From: Nitrospirota bacterium
Lineage (GTDB): Bacteria > Nitrospirota > UBA9217
Direction: 5' to 3'
Assembly (NCBI GenBank): GCA_963845065.1
Contig: CAWJQQ010000001.1
Coordinates: forward strand, 864,001-928,000
Length of the DNA: 64,000 nucleotides
Shown here: piece by piece, positions 11,566-21,174 of the stretch
Layout of the letters: each line of letters starts with the position of its first letter
Position numbering within the stretch: the first letter of the stretch is position 1
The notes under the pieces: model-generated
Databases searched by the model: none
What the model saw: the letters and a program-made list of their open reading frames with translations, nothing else
Told to the model about the DNA's origin: nothing
Translations under genes and position numbers: made by a program

Positions 11566-13101
11566 ATGGAAACAAATGAACAAATTGAACCGACTGTGTT
11601 CGTCATATTTGGCGGAGCCGGTGATTTGACCTGGCGGAAACTCATTCCCGCCTTGTTTGACCTCTTTCAGGAACGAAGCATGCCCGTTGATTTTTCGATC
11701 ATCGCCGTGGATCGCATTGCTTTGAGCGATGAAAAGTTGCGTCGGCATCTCCGCGACGGCGTAAAGAAATTTTCACGCCAAGGAATAGTGGAAACCCGTA
11801 AGTGGGGCGATTTTGCCGGGCATATTCGCTATCAGAAGGGCGATTTTAAGAAGCTTCAAACGTATATGGACCTGGGTGAACAATGTGCAAAGCTTGAAAA
11901 GGCATGGGGCACAAAAACCCACCGCATCTTTTACATGGCCACACCGCCGAGCATGCTCGGTGAAATACCAAAATACCTCGGCAAGGCCGGATTGGCACGC
12001 GACCGGAAATGGGCGCGGATTGTGGTCGAGAAACCGATTGGCAATGACCTGGAATCTGCCCGCACCTTGAATGCCATTCTCGCCGACAATTTCGATGAGT
12101 CTCAGATCTTCCGCATCGACCATTATTTGGGCAAGGAAACGGTGCAGAACATTCTGGCGTTTCGCTTTGCCAATCCTCTCTTTGAGCCGATCTGGAACCG
12201 CCGTTATGTAGATTGTGTAACCATCACCGCTGCCGAAGCTGTCGGTGTCGAACATCGAGGTGGCTATTACGACCACGCCGGAGCTTTGCGTGATATGGTG
12301 CAGAATCACCTTATGCAATTGCTTTGTCTGGTTGCGATGGAGCCGATGGTCTCCTTCGAAGCTGAAGAGATTCGCAACAAGAAAGTGGATGTCCTCCACG
12401 CCGTTCGTTCGATTCACTGTGACGCCGTCCATAAATGCGTCGTGCGTGGACAATACGGTGAAGGTTGGATCGGCGGCAAAAAAGTACCCAGCTATCGCGA
12501 AGAAGACGGAGTGTCACCTGATTCCCAAACAGAGACGTTTGTCGCGCTCAAGCTATTCGTTGACAACTGGCGCTGGCAGGGCGTGCCTTTCTACCTCCGC
12601 ACGGGAAAGCGTCTTACCCGGAAGTCCTCTGAAATTACGATACAGTTTCGCGAAGTGCCTCATCAGTCATTTCCGGCTGAGTCCACTCTCGATTGGCAAT
12701 CCTCACGATTGGTGATGTCTATCCAGCCCGATGAAGGCATCATGCTACGTTTTCAGGCTAAACATCCTGGGCCAAAGATGAACCTGCGCTCAGTGGAGAT
12801 GCAGTTTAATTACCAGGACGCCTTCGCAGCCAAGTCGCCTAACGCCTATGAAACGTTGCTCTGGGACGTGATGAAGAATGACGCCACCTTGTTCATGCGC
12901 GCCGATCAAGTGGAGGCCGCGTGGCGGTTGATGACGCCAGTGCTTGAGGTCTGGGCGGTGGCTCCGCCCAGTGATTTTCCCAATTACGCCGCTGGCACCT
13001 GGGGACCGGAGGAAGTTCTGGGTCTGCTTGCTCAAGGGCACAGTTGGCCGTTGCCCACCGCATTGGTTATGCATTGTAAGAAAAAGGGAAAGAAATCGTA
13101 G
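11566..13101 (+). CDS. zwf: Glucose-6-phosphate 1-dehydrogenase
   Basis: FGGAGDL, EKPIG, RIDHYLGKE, RDMVQNH, WQGVPFYLRTGK. Confidence 0.96.
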   Translation: METNEQIEPTVFVIFGGAGDLTWRKLIPALFDLFQERSMPVDFSIIAVDRIALSDEKLRRHLRDGVKKFSRQGIVETRKWGDFAGHIRYQKGDFKKLQTYMDLGEQCAKLEKAWGTKTHRIFYMATPPSMLGEIPKYLGKAGLARDRKWARIVVEKPIGNDLESARTLNAILADNFDESQIFRIDHYLGKETVQNILAFRFANPLFEPIWNRRYVDCVTITAAEAVGVEHRGGYYDHAGALRDMVQNHLMQLLCLVAMEPMVSFEAEEIRNKKVDVLHAVRSIHCDAVHKCVVRGQYGEGWIGGKKVPSYREEDGVSPDSQTETFVALKLFVDNWRWQGVPFYLRTGKRLTRKSSEITIQFREVPHQSFPAESTLDWQSSRLVMSIQPDEGIMLRFQAKHPGPKMNLRSVEMQFNYQDAFAAKSPNAYETLLWDVMKNDATLFMRADQVEAAWRLMTPVLEVWAVAPPSDFPNYAAGTWGPEEVLGLLAQGHSWPLPTALVMHCKKKGKKS

Positions 13102-13117
13102 CTCGATATTATGCGCA

Positions 13118-13177
13118 ATGTCGTTACGCATAAGACTTCTGGTTACAGATATCGGCGGCAGACATTTGAAGGTGTCG
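13118..13177 (+). pseudogene. N-terminal fragment of a ROK/glucokinase-type sugar kinase
   Basis: MSLRIRLLVTDIGGRHLKV resembles the D(I/V)GGT phosphate-1 motif; followed by unrelated AT-rich DNA. Confidence 0.45.
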
Positions 13178-13718
13178 AATACGAAACCTTATGGTCATAA
13201 ACAGCAACTGCAAATTTTGGATAAAATTAGTGATATTAATAAATATGATGAGATAATTGTTCTTTACTTGCAAAGTGTACCTGAAGCAATTGAAGCAATA
13301 TAAAATGTGGAGGCAGCTTTCATTGCAAACAGTATTGCTAACAAACAATATTTTTAACCCTCTTCTAAGACGGACGAAGTCATAGTGGACTAAGATGATT
13401 AAGAAACAATTACCAGACAAAGTAGTTTTCAAGGATTTTCAATATGAACGGACACAAAAACGCCCATTTTTCACACATCCTAGATGACCCATCTATAAGA
13501 AATAAGTTATAAGGATGTATATGGCGACTGCCAAGATGGTATATGATGTTTGGCAATGCAGCGTTGCAGATGTTTCTTTTTAAAAACTATCGCCAATGGA
13601 AATACGGATTTAAACGGTAGCTTGCAAGCGAATCGGTCCGCTAATCCTGAATCATAAGTGATTTATATAATCCAAGAGAATCCCGGACAGACACTCAATG
13701 TCTTTGTCGGACCGCACT

Positions 13719-14030
13719 TCAACGTGCTCGCGAGCTACCAGAGCGCGAATTCGACGGAACAGACGGCATCGAGCGGGTAGCAGGAGCGGATCTGCAAGCT
13801 CGCGCAGGCGCGTGGCCACCACCGCTTGGATGGTCACCGCCGCGAAAAGGCGTCACTTGGTAGTCAGGTCCCCATCCGCCGTACACGACACCGGAGGGTT
13901 CATAGTAAGCCGCCCCGACGTCGCCGCCGTCGTAGTATCCGCCACCACCTACGAAGCAGCTGGGCAACAAGCTCGTCATCGTCAAGACTGCGAAGGCGAG
14001 CGCTAACCAGCGTAAGCGTAAGATATTCAT
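13719..14030 (-). CDS. Small Gly/Ser-rich putative lipoprotein
   Basis: Hydrophobic signal peptide ending LLPSC, then G/Y-rich low-complexity tail; start overlaps the stop of the upstream VOC gene. Confidence 0.55.
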   Translation of the reverse strand: MNILRLRWLALAFAVLTMTSLLPSCFVGGGGYYDGGDVGAAYYEPSGVVYGGWGPDYQVTPFRGGDHPSGGGHAPARACRSAPATRSMPSVPSNSRSGSSRAR

Positions 14031-14786
14031 TTGGTCGCCTTTTTACTCTCAGTATCCGTCCATTCAAGCAAGCCGAAAGCCGCCCCCAATGGGTCGGCAA
14101 CCACTGCAATTTTGCCACCGTGGCGAGCAATCCGCAGCTCGACCAGCACGCGTCCACCGAGCGCCAGGACTTTCGCGGTCATCTTGACCGTATCTTCAAC
14201 GCGTACGTAATTGAGCCAGTAGGGATGGTCATTGGGCCTATTCACAGGCAGCGTATTCACGCTCGCACGAGCATAGTTGTCGGACGCGAGCAATAGATGT
14301 TGGGCGCCTTCGGTAACGGGCAACTCAAAAACTTCGAAGTCGAATAGTGCCTGGTAGAAAGCAGCATCGGTGTCCGGATCGTTCGTCATTAACGAGCTCC
14401 AAATCCATTCTCCAGGTGCAGCAAGAACATCACGCGGAGCACCGCTACTGGAAGCAAGAACCGCAAAAACAGCGCCTTGCGGATCCGCGAAGACTGCTTT
14501 ACGGCCGCGGGCAGGGATGGTATGCGGCTCGAACAGCACCTTAACGCCATTTTACAAAACGATTTTTTTTTGCTGTATCGACATCACCTACAGCGAAGAA
14601 GCTCAGCCACGCTGGTTGTCGATGCTCGTTCGTCGGCATATTCTTTTGAACCAGCACTGCAACCGGTCGACCATCGAGAGATGCCTCGGTATACTCTATC
14701 CCAGTGGCCTGAATGTCGCGAAATGTCCAGCCAAAGAGTCCCGCATAGAACCAAGTTATTTGTAAGCAATCTGACGCCGAAACCAA
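14027..14786 (-). pseudogene. VOC/glyoxalase-bleomycin resistance family protein, frameshifted and 5'-eroded
   Basis: Fragments FYAGLFGWTF...WLSFFAVGDVD (14541-14786) and FADPQGAVFA...WLNYVRVED...ADPLGAAFGL (14027-14539) join at the T9 run 14563-14571. Confidence 0.75.
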
Positions 14787-15075
14787 ACTGGTATTTCTGA
14801 TAGTTCCGCATTAGTCACATTGATTAATGGGACTTCCCATTAGTTCTTTTTTAAATTAAATATAAACCTGATGACTGTGATGTAGTGAATATTACAACTA
14901 TCATGCCGGGGGGGAAACTACGGTTATTGCAAGAAGTAACGCGTTGATTATTTGGAATTAAGATACAAAGTGAGATGCGGCTGGAAATAGAAAGCCGTCA
15001 AGGAGCCCGTCGCATTTAACATAACCGTCAAATGTGACGGCGTGAAGAGACAGAACATTTTTTTTACACTAAATC

Positions 15076-15564
15076 CTAGAGTTTTTTTCGCCACAAAAGA
15101 ACGCGGAGCAGCATCGGTACCCACTGGAAAAACGAGGCAAGATTGACGCCGTCAAAGCTCATAAAGCCGGTCACTGCGGTACGAATCCGTTTGATATCGT
15201 CATGAAGCTCTGCGATCTTGGACTTAGCGTGCTCCGCATCCACAGTAAGAGTTGTCAACGCGGCCTTTCGTAGGGCACTCGCGGCATCAACTTCGGGGCC
15301 AAGGCGTAGGTGGCTGGCAACAACGATTGCCACCACAGCCAATACGATATCGACTATGGCAACCGCGAGAGCAGCACTGGCACTACCAAGACGTGGTGTG
15401 AGATACAGATAGAAAGCGATATTCAGCATGCCGGTAGCTAGAACTGCCAGAAGAACGGCGGCTATGTAGAACGCGGCCTGTTGGACGATGAGACGCAGTT
15501 GGAGGCGCAGGAGGATCATCTCAGTCTTCAGTAAGAGGTGCATCTTTACCAGGAACTTATCCAT
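15076..15564 (-). CDS. Two-TM membrane protein (phage-holin-like/YqjE-type topology)
   Basis: Two hydrophobic helices followed by a helical tail; follows the upstream small gene closely. Confidence 0.6.
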   Translation of the reverse strand: MDKFLVKMHLLLKTEMILLRLQLRLIVQQAAFYIAAVLLAVLATGMLNIAFYLYLTPRLGSASAALAVAIVDIVLAVVAIVVASHLRLGPEVDAASALRKAALTTLTVDAEHAKSKIAELHDDIKRIRTAVTGFMSFDGVNLASFFQWVPMLLRVLLWRKKL

Positions 15565-15568
15565 ACTT

Positions 15569-15859
15569 TTACCCCTTACGGCTGAGCAGCCGACCCATGA
15601 GGACACCGAGCGCGAAGATCACGAGCGCAGTCTTAGCCGGAACGTCTTTGAACTGAAGGTCCAGACCGCCCATCAGTCCCTCAGCCTGTTTGAACAAGTC
15701 TTGGAGCCAGGTTGACGCCTCTTCTCCGGTTTTTTCCCGCGGTCTCTGTTCCGGCTCCTCCGAGGAAACCTGTGCGCCTGCATGGTTTTTGGCTTCATCG
15801 AGTGCCTGTAATTGTTTTTTTAACTCTTCGATTTCCTGCATGATGTCACGGTCTGTCAT
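15569..15859 (-). CDS. Small coiled-coil protein with C-terminal membrane anchor (ElaB/YqjD-like topology)
   Basis: GAGGA RBS; N-terminal heptads, C-terminal ALVIFALGVLMGRLLSRK. Confidence 0.65.
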   Translation of the reverse strand: MTDRDIMQEIEELKKQLQALDEAKNHAGAQVSSEEPEQRPREKTGEEASTWLQDLFKQAEGLMGGLDLQFKDVPAKTALVIFALGVLMGRLLSRKG

Positions 15860-16070
15860 GGTTCATCCTCTCCTTCCTGCATCCATAGAGCCCTTCTTGC
15901 AAGAGTATCATAGGTAGCACCATTGTGGCAAGGGGTTCTCGTTCTTTTCGATTATCTTTTCCGCATTATCTTGCAATGTCCGGGGGAATATTCTATGGTA
16001 GAATACTGCGAACACCTCATTGGTTGTGTGTGTCGCAGAAACTTTATTGAGACGGTATAATAAAACTGGC

Positions 16071-17454
16071 TCATGGCGCCTTAGTATGGGTAAATGTCCA
16101 TGGATGGAAGCGGTTCATCCAAGGAGTGCATGTCTGAATGATCCTTAAATTCAGGTAGCATTATCCCGATAGCCATAAGCACGACGTATCAGATACCTCG
16201 CCTTTGCGTTTGACGACTCAATAATTCCGAGCGGAACCTTCTTGTCACAGTATTCCAATATGCCGTCCAGATGCTTTTCCACCATATCGGAGAAGCGCTT
16301 CATCGGCTTCAAACGACTCCAGTGAAGTTGATCAACCCATCCTCGAAAGAACTTGTGTGCCCATGTCTTTGATTTGTAACTCCATAAATGTCCAAACGAC
16401 TCTTTCATCAAATGCGACTTAAACAACCGCCGGTTTGCCCGCAAGGCGTCATTGAGCGCCACCCGCGCATTCCCCTGTACATGGGCCTGACGGGAAAGCA
16501 GAATAAACTTCTTTCCGACAGCCGATCCTTCATCCATTTTCCAGCCTTGTTAACCTCTTGAATGCGCACGGCGTTAAGGGCTTTTAATAAGTGTTGAATG
16601 ACGTGATACTTATCGTAAATGATCTTCGCGCTCGGGCAGTGCTTATGAATACTATTGCGGAACGGTTTCCACATATCGATTACCGCATGAGTGATCATAC
16701 GGGCGCGCTTTTTCCCGAACCACTTCCAAAACTTGCTCAAATTCCGTTCTTTGCGTCCGTTCCCGACAAACAGCATCTCCGGACCGCGCTGTCCTTCCAA
16801 GGCGCTTACCAAGTGGCGGTACTTATGCCCTTTGCCCTTCCCAGATGAAAGCTCGTCCATGCCCAGAACGGTTATTCAATCCAAAGGACGGTTCGCTTGC
16901 TCTTCTTGTAATGCCTGCTTATCGATCGCTTTGACGGTATGCCGATGCAGCTTCAGAAGCGTGCCCACCGCTTGGACAGTCGTCACTTTGCATAGTTCAT
17001 GGCGTAGTTACCCGCTGACCTCGCACAGCCACAAAATCAAGTGCCTCTGTCGCAATCCCGCAGGAATCGCAGTCAGCTTTGTATCGTTCAAACCGGAGAA
17101 TCGTCACATGGTTCCACCACATCATATGCTGAACTTCAAACTCTTTGCTATCGTAGCCGGCAATAACTATTGTGCCGCACTTGTTGCACCGATAAAAAGT
17201 AACATCACGTTCCAAGGTAACGAGGACTGCATTTCCTTTTTTTCTGAACACGGCTTCAACTGTTGATACGTGAAACCCTTGAATCCCTAGTGAATTACCC
17301 CGCAGCAGAGCTGCGGGGCATCAAAACCGATAGAACCTAAAACCAATCAGGTTCTTATCCTGACTTCGTCAGGATTGTCCTTTTCATCCCAGCAGTAGAA
17401 CTGCTGGGCATTCAAGGACAGGTTGTATAAACTTGTGAGATAATCGTCGTGCAT
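16071..17454 (-). pseudogene. ISL3 transposase pseudogene (several frameshifts plus an internal insertion)
   Basis: Fragments with CNKC/CDSC zinc finger, LGMDE, IDMWKPF, IYDKYHV, ESSNAK..RRAYGYRD in different frames. Confidence 0.85.
17290..17426 (-). mobile_element. 137-bp non-autonomous IS200/IS605-type palindromic element (PATE-like)
   Basis: Subterminal hairpins 17298-17318 and 17388-17408; on the minus strand it follows TTTAT and ends TTCAC; no target duplication; removal restores MHDDYLTSLLGIQG. Confidence 0.85.
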
Positions 17455-17628
17455 CCGGAAGGACCCTCCTTGTCGAATGATTGCTAGTCATAAGCAAGAA
17501 GGTATATCTTTTCGGATGCCTTTTCAACCCATAGTCACGTGCCAAGAACCTGTTTTATTTTCGTTCTGATTTCTGATATGTTTTTCTTCAAAACTCTTCA
17601 TTCTCCGGGGTTTCTACGATAAAAGTCT

Positions 17629-19611
17629 CTATCCTTTTTTCCTCGTCAATAGATCTACTGCTTTATCCAAATCCGCATGTGCGCCGAGTAGCACCACGAT
17701 ATCGTCTAGCTGAAGGACGAGGTCCGGACCGGGGTTTGTTATCGCTTCATTGTTTCGAGCGATGGCAATGACTGTGGCACCCGTATTTTTCCGGATATCG
17801 AGGTTACGGAGGGTCTGACCAGCGCCTGAAGAATCGGGCCCTAGCTGGACGTTGTCCACTGTGGCTCCAACTAACAGCGCGGCGATGCGTCCGATGTTTT
17901 CCTGGTCCAACGAGTAACCACGTAGCATTTTATATCCGCCAAAACGCACAAGCTGGATTTGGCTCGCGATGATATTGCTCGGGATATGGTATTCGTGCAG
18001 GACTCGCGAAAAAATCTCGATCGAGGTCTCAAACTCCTCTGGGATCACCTGGTTTGCCCCGATTTTGGTTAACTCGTCCACCTCTGCCGCATACCGGGTG
18101 CGGATGAGAATAAAGATAGAGGGATTGATCTCGCGCGACATTCGGATGGCAATCCGCGTTGCCGAGTTGTCGGAGATTGCAAATACAATGACTCTAGCGC
18201 AGTCCACGCCCGCCCGCATGAGCACGTCCCTTCGCGTAATGTCGCCGTAAATAATGGGCTCGCCTTTCTCACGCGCCTTGCGGATCGTATCTACGTTCAC
18301 CTCAAGTACAACATAGGGGATATGGGTCGACTTGAGCGTCTTAGCAAGGTTCCGGCCATTCAAACCGTATCCTGCAATGATAGTATGTCCGATAAGTGAA
18401 CAAGAGTCTTTTCTTTCACTGGTTTCAACAGTCGTTGCCGGAAGACGCCCGGCCAGCCAAGGTCCTGCCTGGATGAGAAACGGTGCGGCAAGCATGCTTA
18501 GGATCGATGTGTTAATGAAAAACTGGAAAACGTCGCCGCTCATCAAATTACGAGCGTGACCCTGCTGGGCCAGCAAAAAGGAAAATTCGCCGATCTGGGC
18601 GAGGCCGAGTCCAGTAAGCAGGGAGCTGCGGATGGGATAGCGGAGTACTGACGCAGTCACTGCAACTAGTCCCGTCTTTAGGACCATGAGGACCGCAGCT
18701 AGGAACGCGAGAATAAGCCAGTGTGCACTGAAAAACTCGGTGTGCAGGAGCATGCCGATGGAAATAAAGAATATGCTAGCGAAGTAATCCCGAAAAGGTA
18801 TGATCTCCGCCACGATGTGGTGGCTGTATTCGGACTCGGAAATGATCAGCCCCGCAAGGAATGCGCCGAGCGCGAGCGACAGACCGAGGCTGTAAGTGAC
18901 CCAAGCTGCGCCAAGACAGAGCAGCACAACAAGGAGAAAAAATATCTCGCGGTTGCGAAGTCTGATGACTTGGTTAAGCAGAAAGGGAACGACCTGGCGT
19001 GCTGAGATATAAACGCCGATAAGCCCCAGAACAGCTTTGCCGAGAGAGATGAGGACCGATTGAGGCGTAACAGCGCCTGCTGAACTTGCTTGGCTCAGAA
19101 TTGGCAATAGGAGCATCATGGGGACGACGGCAATGTCCTGGAAAAGGAGGATGCCGGTGCCGAGTCGTCCATGGGCCGTGTCGAGTTCGCTACGGTCTGC
19201 GTACATCTTGAGTACGATGGCTGTGCTGCTTAAGGATGCTAGAAAACCAAAGAACAGGGCGTGGGGCAGCGGATAACGAAAAAGGACGGCGATGCCCATA
19301 ACGACGCCAATGGTCAGTACAACTTGGATGCTGCCGCCGATTAGAAATTGTCTTCCTGACTTGAAGATGTCCTCAAGAGAAAATTCGAGACCCACGGTAA
19401 ACAGGAGCAGGACCACACCGATGTCTGCGAGCCGTTCGACCATCTTGGTCTCGGTAATGATCGCTGCGCCATAGGGACCGATGAGAACGCCAGTGATCAA
19501 AAAGCCTACGAGCGCTGGCAGTTTTGCGCGGTGGAACACATAGGTGATTGGAAGAGACACTGCGAGAAGGATGATCAGTTCGCGGAGAATAGTGATTTCC
19601 TGTTCCTGCAT
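17629..19611 (-). CDS. CPA2-family cation:proton antiporter with TrkA-N and TrkA-C domains (KefB/KefC-like)
   Basis: GVVLLLFTVGLE, LSSTAIV, LLFQDI, GAFLAG, QIGEFSF, then IIAGYGLNG Rossmann fold and C-terminal RCK-C. Confidence 0.9.
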   Translation of the reverse strand: MQEQEITILRELIILLAVSLPITYVFHRAKLPALVGFLITGVLIGPYGAAIITETKMVERLADIGVVLLLFTVGLEFSLEDIFKSGRQFLIGGSIQVVLTIGVVMGIAVLFRYPLPHALFFGFLASLSSTAIVLKMYADRSELDTAHGRLGTGILLFQDIAVVPMMLLLPILSQASSAGAVTPQSVLISLGKAVLGLIGVYISARQVVPFLLNQVIRLRNREIFFLLVVLLCLGAAWVTYSLGLSLALGAFLAGLIISESEYSHHIVAEIIPFRDYFASIFFISIGMLLHTEFFSAHWLILAFLAAVLMVLKTGLVAVTASVLRYPIRSSLLTGLGLAQIGEFSFLLAQQGHARNLMSGDVFQFFINTSILSMLAAPFLIQAGPWLAGRLPATTVETSERKDSCSLIGHTIIAGYGLNGRNLAKTLKSTHIPYVVLEVNVDTIRKAREKGEPIIYGDITRRDVLMRAGVDCARVIVFAISDNSATRIAIRMSREINPSIFILIRTRYAAEVDELTKIGANQVIPEEFETSIEIFSRVLHEYHIPSNIIASQIQLVRFGGYKMLRGYSLDQENIGRIAALLVGATVDNVQLGPDSSGAGQTLRNLDIRKNTGATVIAIARNNEAITNPGPDLVLQLDDIVVLLGAHADLDKAVDLLTRKKG

Positions 19612-19669
19612 GGAGATATCATAGCACATCCATCAGGTGAAGCAAACGAAGAGGGTCGTAAGAAGAGTC

Positions 19670-20902
19670 CTAGCGCCACGCCTCGATCTTTCGCCGCTTT
19701 ATGATTACGATGGAAAAAACGATCGCGCAGATTAGCCCGCCAAGAGCGAAGGTGAGGGGAGCTTTAAGTACAGAGGCGACAGAGCCGGCAAATAAACTTC
19801 CGAAGGGCGTCATACCGCCAAAGGCCAGAGTGTAGACGCTCATCACTCTACCGCGGAGCCGGTCCTTAGTATTGAGCTGGACCGTGGTGTTCGCCATGCC
19901 AAAGAAGGTGACCATTGCCCATCCGGAAAGTGCGAGTAGCAGGGCTGTCAGACCGTAGGATTTTTGTAAGCCGATGAGCATTAGAACGAGCGACAGTCCC
20001 ATTCCGCCGGTTAGCAGGAGGATCGATTTAGGCCCATGTCTGCTCAAAATGGCAAGAGAAAAAGCGCCTATCAAGGCGCCAGCACCGAAGGAAGACATGA
20101 GAAGTCCATACGCCGCAGCATCGCGATGGAGCTCTTGCCTGGAGAAGACAGGAACCAGTACGCTGAAATTCGTTCCGAATATGCTGACCACGGATACAAG
20201 AAGAATGACGATTAAGACCACAGGCGTGTCTTTAATGTAGCTTATAGCTTCCTTTATATCGGAAATGACATGGTAAGCCCTTGGCTCGCTGGCCTGGGGC
20301 TTTGCGATGTTCATGAGTAAAAGTCCCCACAGAACGGCCAAGAAGCTGAGACCGTTGACGAAGAAACAGACGGCAGTTCCCGCCGCACCGATGAGGAGTC
20401 CCGCAATTGCGGGTCCGACTGCCCTCGCGGCATTGAATATCGAGGAGTTCATTGCAATGGCATTCATAAGGTCATCCTTGCCGACCATCTCGATAATGAA
20501 TGCTTGCCGCGCTGGCATGTCAATGGTATTGACGATGCCGAGTAGTGTGGCAAGGATCAGGATGTGCCAATATTGGACTACCCCGGTCCAGTCGAGCAGA
20601 GAAAGCGTAAAAGCCAAGAGCATGAGGACCGTCTGGGTCATGATGATGATCTTTCGTTTTGAGAAGTAATCGATGAAGGGGCCAGTGATAAAGGATAAGA
20701 ACAACATGGGTAGGAACTGAAGCGCCGAAACCACGCCCAGTTTGAGGGACGAGTGGGTCAGTTCCAGGACGAGCCACGCCTGTCCTACATTCTGCATCCA
20801 GGTGCCGATGAGTGACACGAGCTGACCGGAGAAAAAAAGGCGAAAGTTTCGGTGGCGTAACGAATGGAACAGGGTCTTCATCAATGATGATTCAGGCATC
20901 AT
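19670..20902 (-). CDS. MFS transporter (MFS_3/DHA3-like)
   Basis: LRHRNFRLFFSGQLVSLIGTWMQ, DMPARQA, LRGRVMS; 12-TM pattern; start uncertain (20902 or 20881). Confidence 0.9.
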   Translation of the reverse strand: MMPESSLMKTLFHSLRHRNFRLFFSGQLVSLIGTWMQNVGQAWLVLELTHSSLKLGVVSALQFLPMLFLSFITGPFIDYFSKRKIIIMTQTVLMLLAFTLSLLDWTGVVQYWHILILATLLGIVNTIDMPARQAFIIEMVGKDDLMNAIAMNSSIFNAARAVGPAIAGLLIGAAGTAVCFFVNGLSFLAVLWGLLLMNIAKPQASEPRAYHVISDIKEAISYIKDTPVVLIVILLVSVVSIFGTNFSVLVPVFSRQELHRDAAAYGLLMSSFGAGALIGAFSLAILSRHGPKSILLLTGGMGLSLVLMLIGLQKSYGLTALLLALSGWAMVTFFGMANTTVQLNTKDRLRGRVMSVYTLAFGGMTPFGSLFAGSVASVLKAPLTFALGGLICAIVFSIVIIKRRKIEAWR

Positions 20903-21174
20903 GGCGTTATATCTTTCCACCCAGATTATAACACTCGAGCAACCGACGGGGTAGTAAATCCGAGACGTAATTCATAATGTTCAAAATGCAATCGAATTAC
21001 CACCAAACTATTCACGTTGAGCGTATGAAGACGAAGTCTTATAAGGTCAGGTCCTACCACCAGTCACGGAGTGACAGAGAAAGCTCAATATTCCTTGGCT
21101 TTTTAGAGCTGTGTCTGTGGTTTGAGTGATAGATTTCGAATCTTTATGATTGAACCGCCGATGAAATGAGCGGA

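Larger units (their letters stand above)
16068..17550 (-). mobile_element. Decayed ISL3-family insertion sequence
   Basis: Imperfect terminal IRs GGCTCATGGCGCCTTAGTATGGGT (16068) and GGTTCTTGGCACGTGACTATGGGT (reverse, from 17550), 18/24 identical, enclosing ISL3 transposase fragments. Confidence 0.85.
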
